Positions 7,417 through 16,558 are shown, numbered from the stretch's first letter. The stretch is 32,000 nt of DNA from an uncultured Chloroflexia bacterium (GCA_963718915.1 CAVRAI010000015.1:240001-272000); one strand, 5' to 3'. The notes: generated by a model from the sequence alone, not told the origin. Numbers and translations: made by a program.

Positions 7417-8778
7417 TCAGGCGGCTGGCTGGCTGACGGGCCAGATCGAGATCATTCCGGCCTTCTGGTCGCAGACCAGCACCCGATCACCCGAGGGCGA
7501 CCAGAGCAGCGTCATCGGCTGCGCGGGATAGGCCGACGCGCCGCTTGAGAGGTTGCGACAGCCCGTGTCATCCTTTGCCAGCGAGAGCGCCGCCGACCCC
7601 TGGATAACCGCCGAGTCGGTCGCGCGTATGTCCAGCATTTCATCACCGGGTGTGTTGCAGTTGATGCTGGCCAGCAGATTGCCCGCGGGATTCCACGCCA
7701 CCAGCGCCCAGCCATGCGTGCCAGCGCGGCGCTGCACCGCCACCAGCGCATTGTCACGAGCAGGCGCCGAGGGCATTGCCGAGGGCGTCGGATAGGCTAT
7801 CGCGCCGCCTCCCGAAGCTGGCGCGCTTTGTGGCGTGGGAGAAGGAGCCAGCGGCAGTAGCGCGCCAGCGGCTATCAGCGTCACGTATTTTCCGTCGGGC
7901 GACCATGATGGGAAGACCGTCGTGAAGATCCCCGCGCTGATGTTTGCTCCCGATCCGAGCACTACGCCTGGCTGCCAGATCGTAAATGTCGAATTGCTGC
8001 CGGGGTTGCCGACCGGATAGCGAGGCCCGGCGGTAATGGGCAACTGGGTGATCGGGCCATGTGTTTTCACGATGGGGTAGGGCATGCCCTGCTTATTCCA
8101 TGCGTAGGCCAGGCCCGGATCAGGCAGGTATGTGGGCACGGAGGCTCCCGCCGCGACGTTCCAGATGGGGAATCCGCCGCCATTCGTTCCCGGTAGCGCG
8201 AAATACCCCGAATCGCCGTATATGACGCGCGCCGTGCCGTGTTCCGCGTCCATGACAATCAGCCCGGTGTCGCGCTCAGTGGCGGGCGTTTGACTCTCTG
8301 CTGAATCGAAGGCCGTAAAGATGATGGCGATGCGGCTACCATCTGGCGACCAGCCAAGACTGAAATAGTGTATCGCGCGAATCGGTTGCTGGTCGATGGG
8401 AATGTCGGTTCTGATGCCTAACAGCTTTTCGAGCTGGACATAGAGTGTCATAACGCCAGAATGCGTATCGTAAATCGCGGCAACGTGTGGCGTCAGAGTA
8501 GCTGTGGTTGGCGCGCACGTACTCTGGCTTCCGATGATGGACACATGCGCGCCATCAGGCGAGAAAGCCGCGCCGTACGGGCAATTGATGGCGCCCTGCT
8601 CGATAGTCGAGATGCGCAGCGGCGCGCCCAGCGAACCGCGCGTGCCCGTGCCCGTGCTGCCGACCCGATTGGTTCGGCCCACGGAGATCATCGTGCCGAT
8701 TGCGGCTACGATCAGGAGTACGCCCAGTAATACCGTTCCTAAATTCAGGAGCGGGCGCTGCCGCCGCTCACGGGCCAT
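7417..8778 (-). CDS. Membrane-anchored PD40/WD40-like beta-propeller repeat protein
   Basis: N-terminal TM helix, then repeated FSPDG/WSPDG/WSPSG/WNPAG blade motifs (TolB/PD40-like). Start at MARERRQ (8778) with GGGAGG RBS. Confidence 0.7.
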   Translation of the reverse strand: MARERRQRPLLNLGTVLLGVLLIVAAIGTMISVGRTNRVGSTGTGTRGSLGAPLRISTIEQGAINCPYGAAFSPDGAHVSIIGSQSTCAPTTATLTPHVAAIYDTHSGVMTLYVQLEKLLGIRTDIPIDQQPIRAIHYFSLGWSPDGSRIAIIFTAFDSAESQTPATERDTGLIVMDAEHGTARVIYGDSGYFALPGTNGGGFPIWNVAAGASVPTYLPDPGLAYAWNKQGMPYPIVKTHGPITQLPITAGPRYPVGNPGSNSTFTIWQPGVVLGSGANISAGIFTTVFPSWSPDGKYVTLIAAGALLPLAPSPTPQSAPASGGGAIAYPTPSAMPSAPARDNALVAVQRRAGTHGWALVAWNPAGNLLASINCNTPGDEMLDIRATDSAVIQGSAALSLAKDDTGCRNLSSGASAYPAQPMTLLWSPSGDRVLVCDQKAGMISIWPVSQPAA

Positions 8779-9062
8779 CCTCGCCTCCCACGCAAACTGG
8801 TACACTCTTCCATTACGGAACTACGTTTCACAGTGCCCAATTCTTTCATATTGAGGAAGCAATCACTACAGGCTTAAGGCGCACAAACTGGTAATTTGTG
8901 GATGGCCGTCCCTTTAATTGTTCTTCAGGCGTATGATACACTGATTGAGCATGTATTGCACGCTGGTATTGCAAAAGGGGCAGTCACCGATTTTTTTGGC
9001 AGGAGACGTTGCTCTGGCGATGTCAGCCCTGTCCAGAACAAAAGAGCGAGCAAAGAACACCT

Positions 9063-9767
9063 ATGTCCGACATTACGCCGCGCTCCACCGTTCGCACCTT
9101 CCAGTGCGCGTGTGGCGCATCAATTGATATAACCACCTATGCCACCGTCAATATTACGATGGAGCCGGAGCTGCTCTATCGACTGCTGGCCGGTACGCTG
9201 AATGTGGCGGTCTGCGCCAACTGCGGGCGGAAGGCGGTCAGCGCGCAGGCGTTCATCTATCACGACATGGCGCGCGGACTCTTCGCCTATGTCCATCCAG
9301 ACGCCAATCTGCCCGAGGATGAGCGCGAGGAGCTCCTCGAACACCTGCGGGATGTCTACGATCAGGCGGTCGCCGAGTCCGAGCGACTGGAGCAGCCTTC
9401 CGCGGGTGGACGACATGGTTCGGTTGAGCCGCGTATCCGCCGCCGCGTGCCGTATGATGACGCCCTCAAACGTATCTCCCCCGATGCGCCTCCGATGCAG
9501 GTGATTTTCGGGATCGAAGACTTGATGGCGCTCGTCGAATCGTTGCTGGATCCCGAGGAAAAGCTGGGCCGTATCGTCCTGAGCACGCAGACCAGCGGAG
9601 CGCGGGAGCGGACTCGTCTGGAGTCGGTGGCCAGGCGTCTGGCGGAGCAGGCCCATTGTCTCGTCGAGATCGAAGACCTGCCCGCGGAGTACACAGTCAT
9701 CATCTATGGTTCGCGCGCGCGCATCCGCCAGATCAACGCCGCGCTGAAGCTGATCGGCCAGCGGTAG
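9063..9767 (+). CDS. CpXC domain-containing protein
   Basis: Two Cys pairs (FQCACGAS ... VCANCGRKA) with spacing and flanks (YATVN, LLAGTLN) typical of the CpXC zinc-ribbon family. Start set at MSDITPR (9063). Confidence 0.6.
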   Translation: MSDITPRSTVRTFQCACGASIDITTYATVNITMEPELLYRLLAGTLNVAVCANCGRKAVSAQAFIYHDMARGLFAYVHPDANLPEDEREELLEHLRDVYDQAVAESERLEQPSAGGRHGSVEPRIRRRVPYDDALKRISPDAPPMQVIFGIEDLMALVESLLDPEEKLGRIVLSTQTSGARERTRLESVARRLAEQAHCLVEIEDLPAEYTVIIYGSRARIRQINAALKLIGQR

Positions 9768-9790
9768 CGGCAAGCTGCCTCCTGCCTGCC

Positions 9791-9814
9791 TGGCAATGGC
9801 AATGGCAATGGCTA
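9791..9814. repeat. 6-bp tandem repeat (TGGCAA x3.7) between convergent genes
   Basis: Direct reading; abuts the stop codon of the kinase gene. Confidence 0.85.
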
Positions 9815-11329
9815 CGACGCGCCTGCTGACATGCCTGCGGCGGGAACCTGTAGCAGCACGCTGGCTATCTGGCGAAAGGCCTGATAACGGGCAAGATAGT
9901 CACTGCTCCCGGCTGATGGCTGAATGATCGCGGCGCTCCGTCCGCTCTGCCGTGAAATCGCCTCATCCCAACGCCACTGGTTGGTCGCGATATTCGCCAG
10001 CGTTGCGGCGCCCGTTGCGGAGGCGTCTGCCCCACCAGGGAAGCGCACCGGCAGCCCGAAGATATCCGCCGCGAGTTGCCGAATCCAGTCCACCTCCAGC
10101 ACCTTACCTGAGACGATGAGTTCGGTCGGCGTGCCCAGCAGCTCGAAGAGCCGCTCCGACATCCAGCGCGCGTGGAAGAGGATGCCCTCGACGGCGGCGC
10201 GTAGCACATGGGCAGCGGTATGCTCTAACCGCAGGCCGATGATGCTCCCACTGGCGTCAGCATTCCAGAATGGCGCGCGCTCGCCCGCGACATAGGGAAG
10301 AAAGATCAGGTGCTCATCGTGCGCCGTGGCCGCCGCATCGAGTAGTGAGACGAGGGTTTGCGCGCCCGCGGACGGCTGATCGACGGCGAGCGCATGCGCC
10401 AGCCATTCGAGCACCACACCGCCGCTGTTGCCCGGCGCGCCAGCGATGAAGCGGCCATCGTCGAGGACATAGCAGAAAATGCGCGAGGCTGAATCGGTGA
10501 GCGGCGCTGCGCTACCCATCCTCACGGCGCAACTGGTGCCAATCGTCAGCACCAGCCGTGTCGCGTCCACCGCGCCAACGCCCAGGTTGGCCAGCGGGCC
10601 ATCCGCCGCGCCGATGACGAAAGCCGCATCATCCGGCAAACCCACCGCCTGTAATATCCTGGACTGGCCCGCCGTACGCATCGATGTTGGCGCTACCAGC
10701 GTTGAGAGCTTTTCCGGCGTGATGCCAGCAAGCCCGAGCGCGCCATCATCCCACGTCTGATTCCGCAGATTGTAAAGCCCGGTCGCGCTGGCAATCGAAG
10801 CATCTACCTCCCAGACGCCGAACCAGTGATGCCAGAGCCATTCCTTGAGCGAGACGAACCGCGCCGCCTGGTGGTACATGTCTGGGTGCGCGCGCCGCAG
10901 CCAGCGCAACTTGACCAGCGGTGACATCGCCGAGACTGGAGTGCCCGTTCGCTCGTAGGTCGCCCGCCCTTCAGGGGTTTGCCAGAGCGCGTCGGCATCG
11001 GCCTCGGGGCGGGTATCCATCCAGAGCAGCGCTGGCCCCAGTGGAGAATTGTCTGCCGCGACGGGTATCAGACTATGCATGGCCGCGCTTAGCCCCACGC
11101 CGCCGACTATATAGCCCTGGCGCTTCGCGTCCGCGACAACACTGGCCAGCGCATCGGTTGCCGCCGTCGCCACTGCGCGCGGATCTTCCTCCGCCGCGCC
11201 AGCCTCGCTGGAGGTGCGCTCGACCTCACGGCCCGCGCGCGCGATTTCCTGTCCATCGAAGGCGAAGGCCACCGCCTTGAGCGATGTGGTGCCGAGATCC
11301 ATCCCCACAGTACAGCGGCGAACCTCCAT
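9812..11329 (-). CDS. FGGY-family carbohydrate kinase (gluconokinase-like)
   Basis: N-terminal GMDLGTTSLKAV phosphate-1 motif, SAAMHSLIP, YERTGTPVSAMSPLVKLRWL and GITPEKLSTLV, collinear with B. subtilis GntK as recalled. C-terminal FGGY domain (GGxxS, SGK). Start uncertain: ATG at 11329 (MEVRR) preferred. A TTG at 11368 overlaps the purD stop (TTGA). Confidence 0.75.
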   Translation of the reverse strand: MEVRRCTVGMDLGTTSLKAVAFAFDGQEIARAGREVERTSSEAGAAEEDPRAVATAATDALASVVADAKRQGYIVGGVGLSAAMHSLIPVAADNSPLGPALLWMDTRPEADADALWQTPEGRATYERTGTPVSAMSPLVKLRWLRRAHPDMYHQAARFVSLKEWLWHHWFGVWEVDASIASATGLYNLRNQTWDDGALGLAGITPEKLSTLVAPTSMRTAGQSRILQAVGLPDDAAFVIGAADGPLANLGVGAVDATRLVLTIGTSCAVRMGSAAPLTDSASRIFCYVLDDGRFIAGAPGNSGGVVLEWLAHALAVDQPSAGAQTLVSLLDAAATAHDEHLIFLPYVAGERAPFWNADASGSIIGLRLEHTAAHVLRAAVEGILFHARWMSERLFELLGTPTELIVSGKVLEVDWIRQLAADIFGLPVRFPGGADASATGAATLANIATNQWRWDEAISRQSGRSAAIIQPSAGSSDYLARYQAFRQIASVLLQVPAAGMSAGAS

Positions 11330-11364
11330 CCAGCGCCTCTCTTCCGTGTTTGCGTTCAGCCAGC

Positions 11365-12646
11365 TCAACGCTCGCGCGCGCCGATATCGCTACGCCAGCG
11401 CGCTCCCTCAAAGTATACCCGGTCGATGTTAGCGTAGACGCGCGCCCGCGCCTCCGCGACGGTGGCTCCCCGCGCGACCAGCGTCAGCACCCGTCCTCCG
11501 GTCGTCACAAGCGGACCATCCGGCTCGCGGGCGGCGCCAGCGTGAAACGCGATGATATCCGGGTCGAGGGCATCCAGCCCGGTGATCGGTAAACCTTTGG
11601 CATAGGGGCCAGGGTAGCCATGCGCGGCAATGACGACGCCACAGGCCGCCTCATCGCTCCAGACTGGCGGAGGCGCCTGGTCGAGCGCGCCATCGGCGAC
11701 GGCGGCGCATAGCCCCAGCAGATCACTCTCCAGGCGTGGCAGCACCACCTGTGTCTCGGGATCGCCGAAGCGCGCGTTGAACTCGATGACCTGCGGATCA
11801 CCGCCGCGTACCATCAGGCCAGCGTAGAGCAAGCCGCGAAAGGGCGCGCCCTGCTTTGCCAGCGCCGCGACGACCGGGCGTACAATCGTCGCCTCGATGC
11901 GCGCCAGCAGTTCCGACATGGCGAAGGCGGGCGGTGAATACGCGCCCATGCCGCCGGTGTTGTCGCCCTTATCATCGTCGAGCGCGCGCTTGTAGTCGCA
12001 GGCAGGCGCGAGCGGATAGATGCGCTGCCCGTCGCAGAGGACGAAGAGCGAGAGTTCCGTGCCGGTGACGCACTCCTCGATCAGCACCGTCGCGCCCGCA
12101 GCGCCCAGCGTGCGTCGCACCATGAAATCGTCGAGCGTCGCGCGCGCCTCGTCTCCGTTTTCCGCTTTGACGACGCCCTTGCCCGCCGCCAGCCCATCCG
12201 CCTTGATGATGAGCGGATAGCTGTTGCCCGCCGCCTCGTAGCGATCAAGGTACTGGATGGCCTCGTCATAGCTGTCGAAGATCTCGGCGTACGGCGTCGG
12301 CACGTTCTCCGCCACCATCAGCCGCTTGGCGAAGGCTTTGCTGCTCTCGATGCGTGTGGCGGCGGCGCTCGGCCCGAAGACACGCAGCCCGCGCGCCGTG
12401 AAGACATCGGCGATAGCCACCCGCCAGATAGTTCTCCGGCCCGATGATCGTCAGGTCAATCGCGTTGGCCGCCGCCCAGTCGGCGCAGGCGGTGGAGTCC
12501 GCCGGGTCGAGTGTGACGTTTTCGGCGACGGTTGACGTGCCGCCATTGCCCGGCGCGCAATAGAGCTTCGTCAACGCTGGCGAGCGGTTGACCGCCCAGC
12601 AGAGGGCGTGCTCGCGGGCGCCGCTACCAATCACCAGTACACGCAT
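11365..12646 (-). pseudogene. purD: Phosphoribosylamine--glycine ligase (purD) interrupted by a 1-nt frameshift near 12415
   Basis: The N-domain (MRVLVIGSGAREHAL...IIGPENYLAGG) is in the frame of ORF 12266..12664. The rest (IADVFTARGLRVFGP...ATP-grasp...C-domain, ~350 codons) is in ORF 11365..12420. The minus strand reads CTG GCG GGT GGC T ATC GCC GAT GTC. Deleting the T (plus-strand A at 12415) restores LAGGIADVF, matching the PurD pattern GPExxLxxGxxDxF. Confidence 0.85.
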
Positions 12647-12660
12647 AGTCGTCCTCGCCT

Positions 12661-13398
12661 TCACCAGTTCGGGTGTCGCAACAACTCCGGCGGGCGCATC
12701 ATCGGCAGATAGTGGAACGCCTCGGCGTACTCGACGCCGATCTCAGCCCCGGCGGCGCGGGCACGCGCCCGTACGAACTCGCCGATGTCGCGTGAGCCAA
12801 TCTGGCTGGTATGGCAGAGCAGCGCCGCGATCTTCTGCTCGATGGTCTCGGTGATATCCACGTAGTAGTTGGGTACGTCGGTGGCGAAGAAGTAGACGTT
12901 GTGGACGCGATGCTCCGTCAGGCTGCCGGTCAGTTGCTCTGGATAGTAGAGGCGGTCGCGCGCGGCGGCGACGGCATCGAGCGTGGTCTGGCCGATGGCG
13001 CGGTGGTCAGGATGAATCTGGTAGCGCTGCCAGGGATCGAAGGTCAGCACGACATCAGGCTTACCTTTGCGCAGGACATGGGCAATCTCGCGCCGGAAGG
13101 CAACGCTGACCTCAAGCTCGCCGTCCATGTGGCGCAGGAAGGTCACTTCTTCGATGCCCAGCACATCCGCCGCCGCCCGCTGCTCGGCCTCGCGGGTCGC
13201 GATAAGCTGTTCTGGTGTCGCGTCGGGATCATTGCTGCCCTTGTCGCCGCTGGTCGCCAGCACATACTGCGCGCGGTAGCCGTGACGTGTGAAGCGCGCG
13301 ACCGTGCCGGAGCAGATAAACTCGGCGTCGTCGGGGTGTGCGAAAATGACCATGACGCGCGGGCGCATATCGCCCCTGGTAGTGTTGATGTCTTCCAC
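12661..13398 (-). CDS. PIG-L/LmbE family N-acetylglucosaminyl deacetylase
   Basis: VMVIFAHPDDAEF and HPDHRAIG zinc-binding motifs, 245 aa. GTG start with AGAGGA RBS (alternative ATG at 13368). Its stop overlaps the longest purD ORF (start at 12664); the preferred purD ATG is 12646. Confidence 0.8.
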   Translation of the reverse strand: MEDINTTRGDMRPRVMVIFAHPDDAEFICSGTVARFTRHGYRAQYVLATSGDKGSNDPDATPEQLIATREAEQRAAADVLGIEEVTFLRHMDGELEVSVAFRREIAHVLRKGKPDVVLTFDPWQRYQIHPDHRAIGQTTLDAVAAARDRLYYPEQLTGSLTEHRVHNVYFFATDVPNYYVDITETIEQKIAALLCHTSQIGSRDIGEFVRARARAAGAEIGVEYAEAFHYLPMMRPPELLRHPNW

Positions 13399-13658
13399 GT
13401 GTTCTCTATCCTCTGGATCCGCTGGCTCTTTCTCAGGCGTAAATATGCTTGCCGTTGTCCAGCATACCAGCCCGCGAAAGGATGCGGCAAGCGCCAGAGA
13501 TAGCCAGACTCACGACAATGCTCGCACGGATGAGACAAAACGGGCATGCGCGCGTATACAATACACGACAGGCACGCGCTATGCGTCTACTGCTGCGCGC
13601 GGATTCCCGGAGATACTTCATCGCTGTATCATAGCAGCCATTCGAGGAGATCGTTTGT

Positions 13659-15041
13659 ATGCGTGGTGGCCATCGTTCCTGGCGTTCGCTTGCTATCATT
13701 CCGATGCTGCTGTTGGCGCTGGGGCTTTCCGCGTGCAACCTGAGCATCAGCGCTGGAAGTCCCGGCAGCGCCATCTTACCGGACAAGGCTCCGACGACAG
13801 CCGCCGGGACGCCGACGGCGGGCGCGCAGGGAAGCTGCGAGCCGCAAACAAAGCACGACAACGGCTCCAACGATGGCTTCAATACCTACCTCTCGCCGAA
13901 GCAACTCTGGACGCTCTACGGCGTCGAGCCGCTGCTGAAGCAATGCTACACCGGCAAGGGTCAGACGGTGGTGGTGATTGACTCATTTGGCAGCCCGACA
14001 CTGCAAGAGGATATTGATAATTTCAGCGATTACTATGGCCTGCCCCGCGTCAAGCTCCAGATTCTCGCGCCGCGGGGCACGAAGACGTTCGACCCGTCGG
14101 ACCAGCAGATGATCGGCTGGGCCATCGAGACGACCGAGGATGTGCAGATCATCCATGCGATTGCGCCCGACGCGAATATCACCGTGCTGACGAGTCCGGT
14201 GGACGAGACGGAGGGGGTCGCTGGCCTGCCGGAGTTCCTGCAACTGGAGCAATACGCGGTGCAGCATCAGCTCGGCACGGTTGTCTCGCAGAGCTGGGCC
14301 GCCTCGGAGGTCTCGCTGGCGAATAGCGCGGGCCAGGCGGAGATCGCGCAGTGGGATACGTTCTTCCACACGGCGACCACGCAGCAGGGCATGACCTTCT
14401 TCGCGGGATCCGGCGACAATGGCGCGACCGATTACATTGACACGAACATCACGCAACTCTCGGCGACGCCCACCACCAGCTTCCCGACCAGCGATCCCTG
14501 GGTGACGTCGGTGGGTGGTACGACGATTCAGCAGAATGGCGGGCAACTGAGCGAGGTTGCCTGGGATGCCAGTGGCGGTGGCTTCAGCCGGTTCTATCCA
14601 GAGCCAAATTTCCAGCAGAACCTCTCGCCTGATGTGCAGCAGCAGCTCAATCACCGGCGCGGCGTGCCCGACGTCTCCTCGACGGCTGACCCAAATATCG
14701 GGCTGGGCTGCTTCTTTGGTGGGCTGCTCCAGGAGGAGTTTGTCGGCAACGGCACCAGCGCTGGCTCGCCACTCTGGGCGGGGCTGACGGCTATCGCGAA
14801 CCAGATGGCGGGGCATTCGCTCGGGTATCTCAACCCGGCGCTTTACGCGGTGGCCGCGGGCGCCAACTATGCGCGCGACTTCCACGACATCACCGTCGGC
14901 AATAACAGCACGAATGATAAAGGCGTGGATGTCACGGGCTATGACGCCGTGGCGGGCTGGGATCCGATCACCGGGCTGGGCACGCCCAACGCGCAATACC
15001 TGCTGCCCGATCTCATCGCCGCCGCCAACGCGGGTACGTAG
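13659..15041 (+). CDS. Kumamolisin/sedolisin-like S53 serine peptidase, lipoprotein, no prodomain
   Basis: Lipobox LGLSAC. Catalytic E-x3-D (IETTEDVQ), oxyanion Asp (SGDNG), nucleophile GGLLQEEFVGNGTSAGSPLWAG, plus GYLNPALY, FHDITVGNN and GWDPITGLGTP, collinear with kumamolisin as recalled. Confidence 0.85.
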   Translation: MRGGHRSWRSLAIIPMLLLALGLSACNLSISAGSPGSAILPDKAPTTAAGTPTAGAQGSCEPQTKHDNGSNDGFNTYLSPKQLWTLYGVEPLLKQCYTGKGQTVVVIDSFGSPTLQEDIDNFSDYYGLPRVKLQILAPRGTKTFDPSDQQMIGWAIETTEDVQIIHAIAPDANITVLTSPVDETEGVAGLPEFLQLEQYAVQHQLGTVVSQSWAASEVSLANSAGQAEIAQWDTFFHTATTQQGMTFFAGSGDNGATDYIDTNITQLSATPTTSFPTSDPWVTSVGGTTIQQNGGQLSEVAWDASGGGFSRFYPEPNFQQNLSPDVQQQLNHRRGVPDVSSTADPNIGLGCFFGGLLQEEFVGNGTSAGSPLWAGLTAIANQMAGHSLGYLNPALYAVAAGANYARDFHDITVGNNSTNDKGVDVTGYDAVAGWDPITGLGTPNAQYLLPDLIAAANAGT

Positions 15042-15057
15042 AGATAAGCGCGGCGAA

Positions 15058-15236
15058 GAGCGCGGGCGGTTGAAACCGCGCCTTGAGGGCCTGCGGCCAC
15101 GAAGTCCGCCTACGCGGACTCACCAGATCGTGTCCCAACGCGGCACCCACTGGCGAGCGGTTGCTACAACCCGCGCAGGCGGGTTTTGTGGCGGAGCGTC
15201 AGCGAGGCCCTTCAGGCGCGGTTTCAACCGCCCGCG
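15058..15236 (+). repeat. MITE-like element, copy A (~175 bp, ~31-bp terminal inverted repeats)
   Basis: Left end GAGCGCGGGCGGTTGAAACCGCGCCTTGAGGGCCT, right end AGGCCCTTCAGGCGCGGTTTCAACCGCCCGCG (reverse complement of the left end). The interior is collinear with the reverse complement of 24941-25120. Confidence 0.75.
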
Positions 15237-15239
15237 TGT

Positions 15240-15335
15240 GGCTGCGGCGGGCCAACCGCAGCCTGAAGGCTGCGGCGAATGGGCGGGAAATTAGCCGTAG
15301 CGTGAACGCTACGGTCTGCCCCGCCCGCCACCACG
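15240..15335. repeat. Chain of GC-rich hairpin modules (CGCAGCC-TGAA-GGCTGCG; CCGTAGCGT-GA-ACGCTACGG)
   Basis: Palindromic modules read directly. The second module plus the GGGGCAGACC/GTGGCGGGCGGGG flank recurs at 19299-19410. Confidence 0.7.
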
Positions 15336-15521
15336 CGGTGTTCGGAGGTAATGCTGATCGTTCACAATGCCGCGCACCCCGCCCGCGTGTCGTCGCTCGC
15401 CACTTCCATCGCCGCGCGCATCCGCGCCAGCAGAGCGCCCCTAGCGCCCGTCGTAGATATGGTCGGCGGGAGAGATGTGTCGCTCGCCGCGTAGTGCCTG
15501 ACAGGAGTAGCAAATATCCGC

Positions 15522-15570
15522 TGGCTCATCTGGCGGTGTCATCGGTGTCATCGGTGTCATCGGCGTCATC
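15522..15570. repeat. 9-bp tandem repeat (GGTGTCATC x4-5) upstream of the tandem-GNAT gene
   Basis: Direct reading: ggtgtcatc ggtgtcatc ggtgtcatc ggcgtcatc, with a degenerate copy before them. Confidence 0.9.
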
Positions 15571-15652
15571 CGGAAATACCTTCCCAAGTGCGCAGTCGCG
15601 AACAACACCAGCAGGATACCATCTGAGTGTTCCTGGGAGGAAGAGAGTTACC

Positions 15653-16558
15653 ATGACTGACGAACAGAACTATGCGGTGGTAGGTGTCCACCAGCTGACC
15701 GAGGAGCAGGCGGAGCAGGCGCGGACACTACGCGACCTCTGCAACAGCGCCGATGGGCTGGACCTCAAGCTGGGCATCTCGGTGGGTTTCGCGACGCAAT
15801 CGGCGGAGCCATACGCCTTCCTCTGCACGCTGGATGGCGCATTGGTCGGCTTCTGCACGCTGGTTGGCGATGACGATCCCGAACTGGAACTCTGCGGCAT
15901 GGTGCATCCGGCGTATCGCCGACGCGGCATCGGGCGCGCGTTGCTCGGCGCCGCGCTTGATTCGGCCAGGCGACGGCTGGCGGCCTTGCGCGTGCTGATG
16001 ATCTGTGAAGACGCCTCGGTGGCTGGCCGCGCGTTCGTCGCGGTGGCGGGCGGAAGTCACAGTTTCAGTGAGAATCGGATGGAGACAGCTGCCATGCCGC
16101 CAGCGCACGCCTCGGACGCCACGGCGCGCAACCTCGATCTGCGTGAGGCTGGCCCGGATGAGGCCCATGACCTCGCCCGTGTCATCGCCGACTCATTCGG
16201 GCAGTCGGACGACCACATGGCCGAGGAGATTGTCCGCGACATGACGGTGGAGGGCGAGCGGTACTTTCTGGCGCGCCTGGGCAATGAAGGCAATGAGCCT
16301 GTGGGGGCATTCAAGGTCTTCGTCGATAAGCCCAAGGCCTATATTTATGCGTTCGGCGTCCTGCCAGAATACCGGCGGCGTGGCTTTGGCCGCGAGATCC
16401 TCGAAGATATTCTGCTACGCCTCTTCGCCGAAGGCTGGATCGCGGTTGGCCTGGAGGTTGACGCCGACAATATCCCGGCGCAAGCGCTCTATCGCAGTGT
16501 TGGCTTCCACGATGTCACCGTCTATGGCTACTACATGCTCGACATAACCACACGGTGA
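15653..16558 (+). CDS. Tandem-GNAT N-acetyltransferase (MshD-like two-domain architecture)
   Basis: 301 aa with two acetyl-CoA motif-A copies (HPAYRRRGIGRALL and VLPEYRRRGFGREIL). Start at the ATG at 15653 with GGGAGG RBS. The 491-aa ORF from 15083 reads through the repeat elements. Confidence 0.8.
   Translation: MTDEQNYAVVGVHQLTEEQAEQARTLRDLCNSADGLDLKLGISVGFATQSAEPYAFLCTLDGALVGFCTLVGDDDPELELCGMVHPAYRRRGIGRALLGAALDSARRRLAALRVLMICEDASVAGRAFVAVAGGSHSFSENRMETAAMPPAHASDATARNLDLREAGPDEAHDLARVIADSFGQSDDHMAEEIVRDMTVEGERYFLARLGNEGNEPVGAFKVFVDKPKAYIYAFGVLPEYRRRGFGREILEDILLRLFAEGWIAVGLEVDADNIPAQALYRSVGFHDVTVYGYYMLDITTR

Noticed and set aside
12400-12435. Programmed ribosomal frameshift in purD.
   Set aside because: There is no slippery heptamer at the junction (GGT GGC TAT CGC), no downstream pseudoknot or hairpin that I can see, and no precedent for the family. 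An indel or sequencing error is more parsimonious.
15522-15570. CRISPR array, considered for the several short direct-repeat arrays (also 5607, 18216, 28446, 29836).
   Set aside because: The repeats are 6-11 bp and strictly contiguous, with no unique spacers, and there are no cas genes. They are microsatellite-like tandem repeats.
15083-15652. Long N-terminal extensions of ORFs 15083..16558, 25036..27159, 20034..21854 and 21956..22867, and the first part of 19357..19725.
   Set aside because: The extensions are translations of intergenic hairpin/MITE repeats (the same DNA appears in both orientations elsewhere). Internal starts with Shine-Dalgarno sequences fit the protein families.
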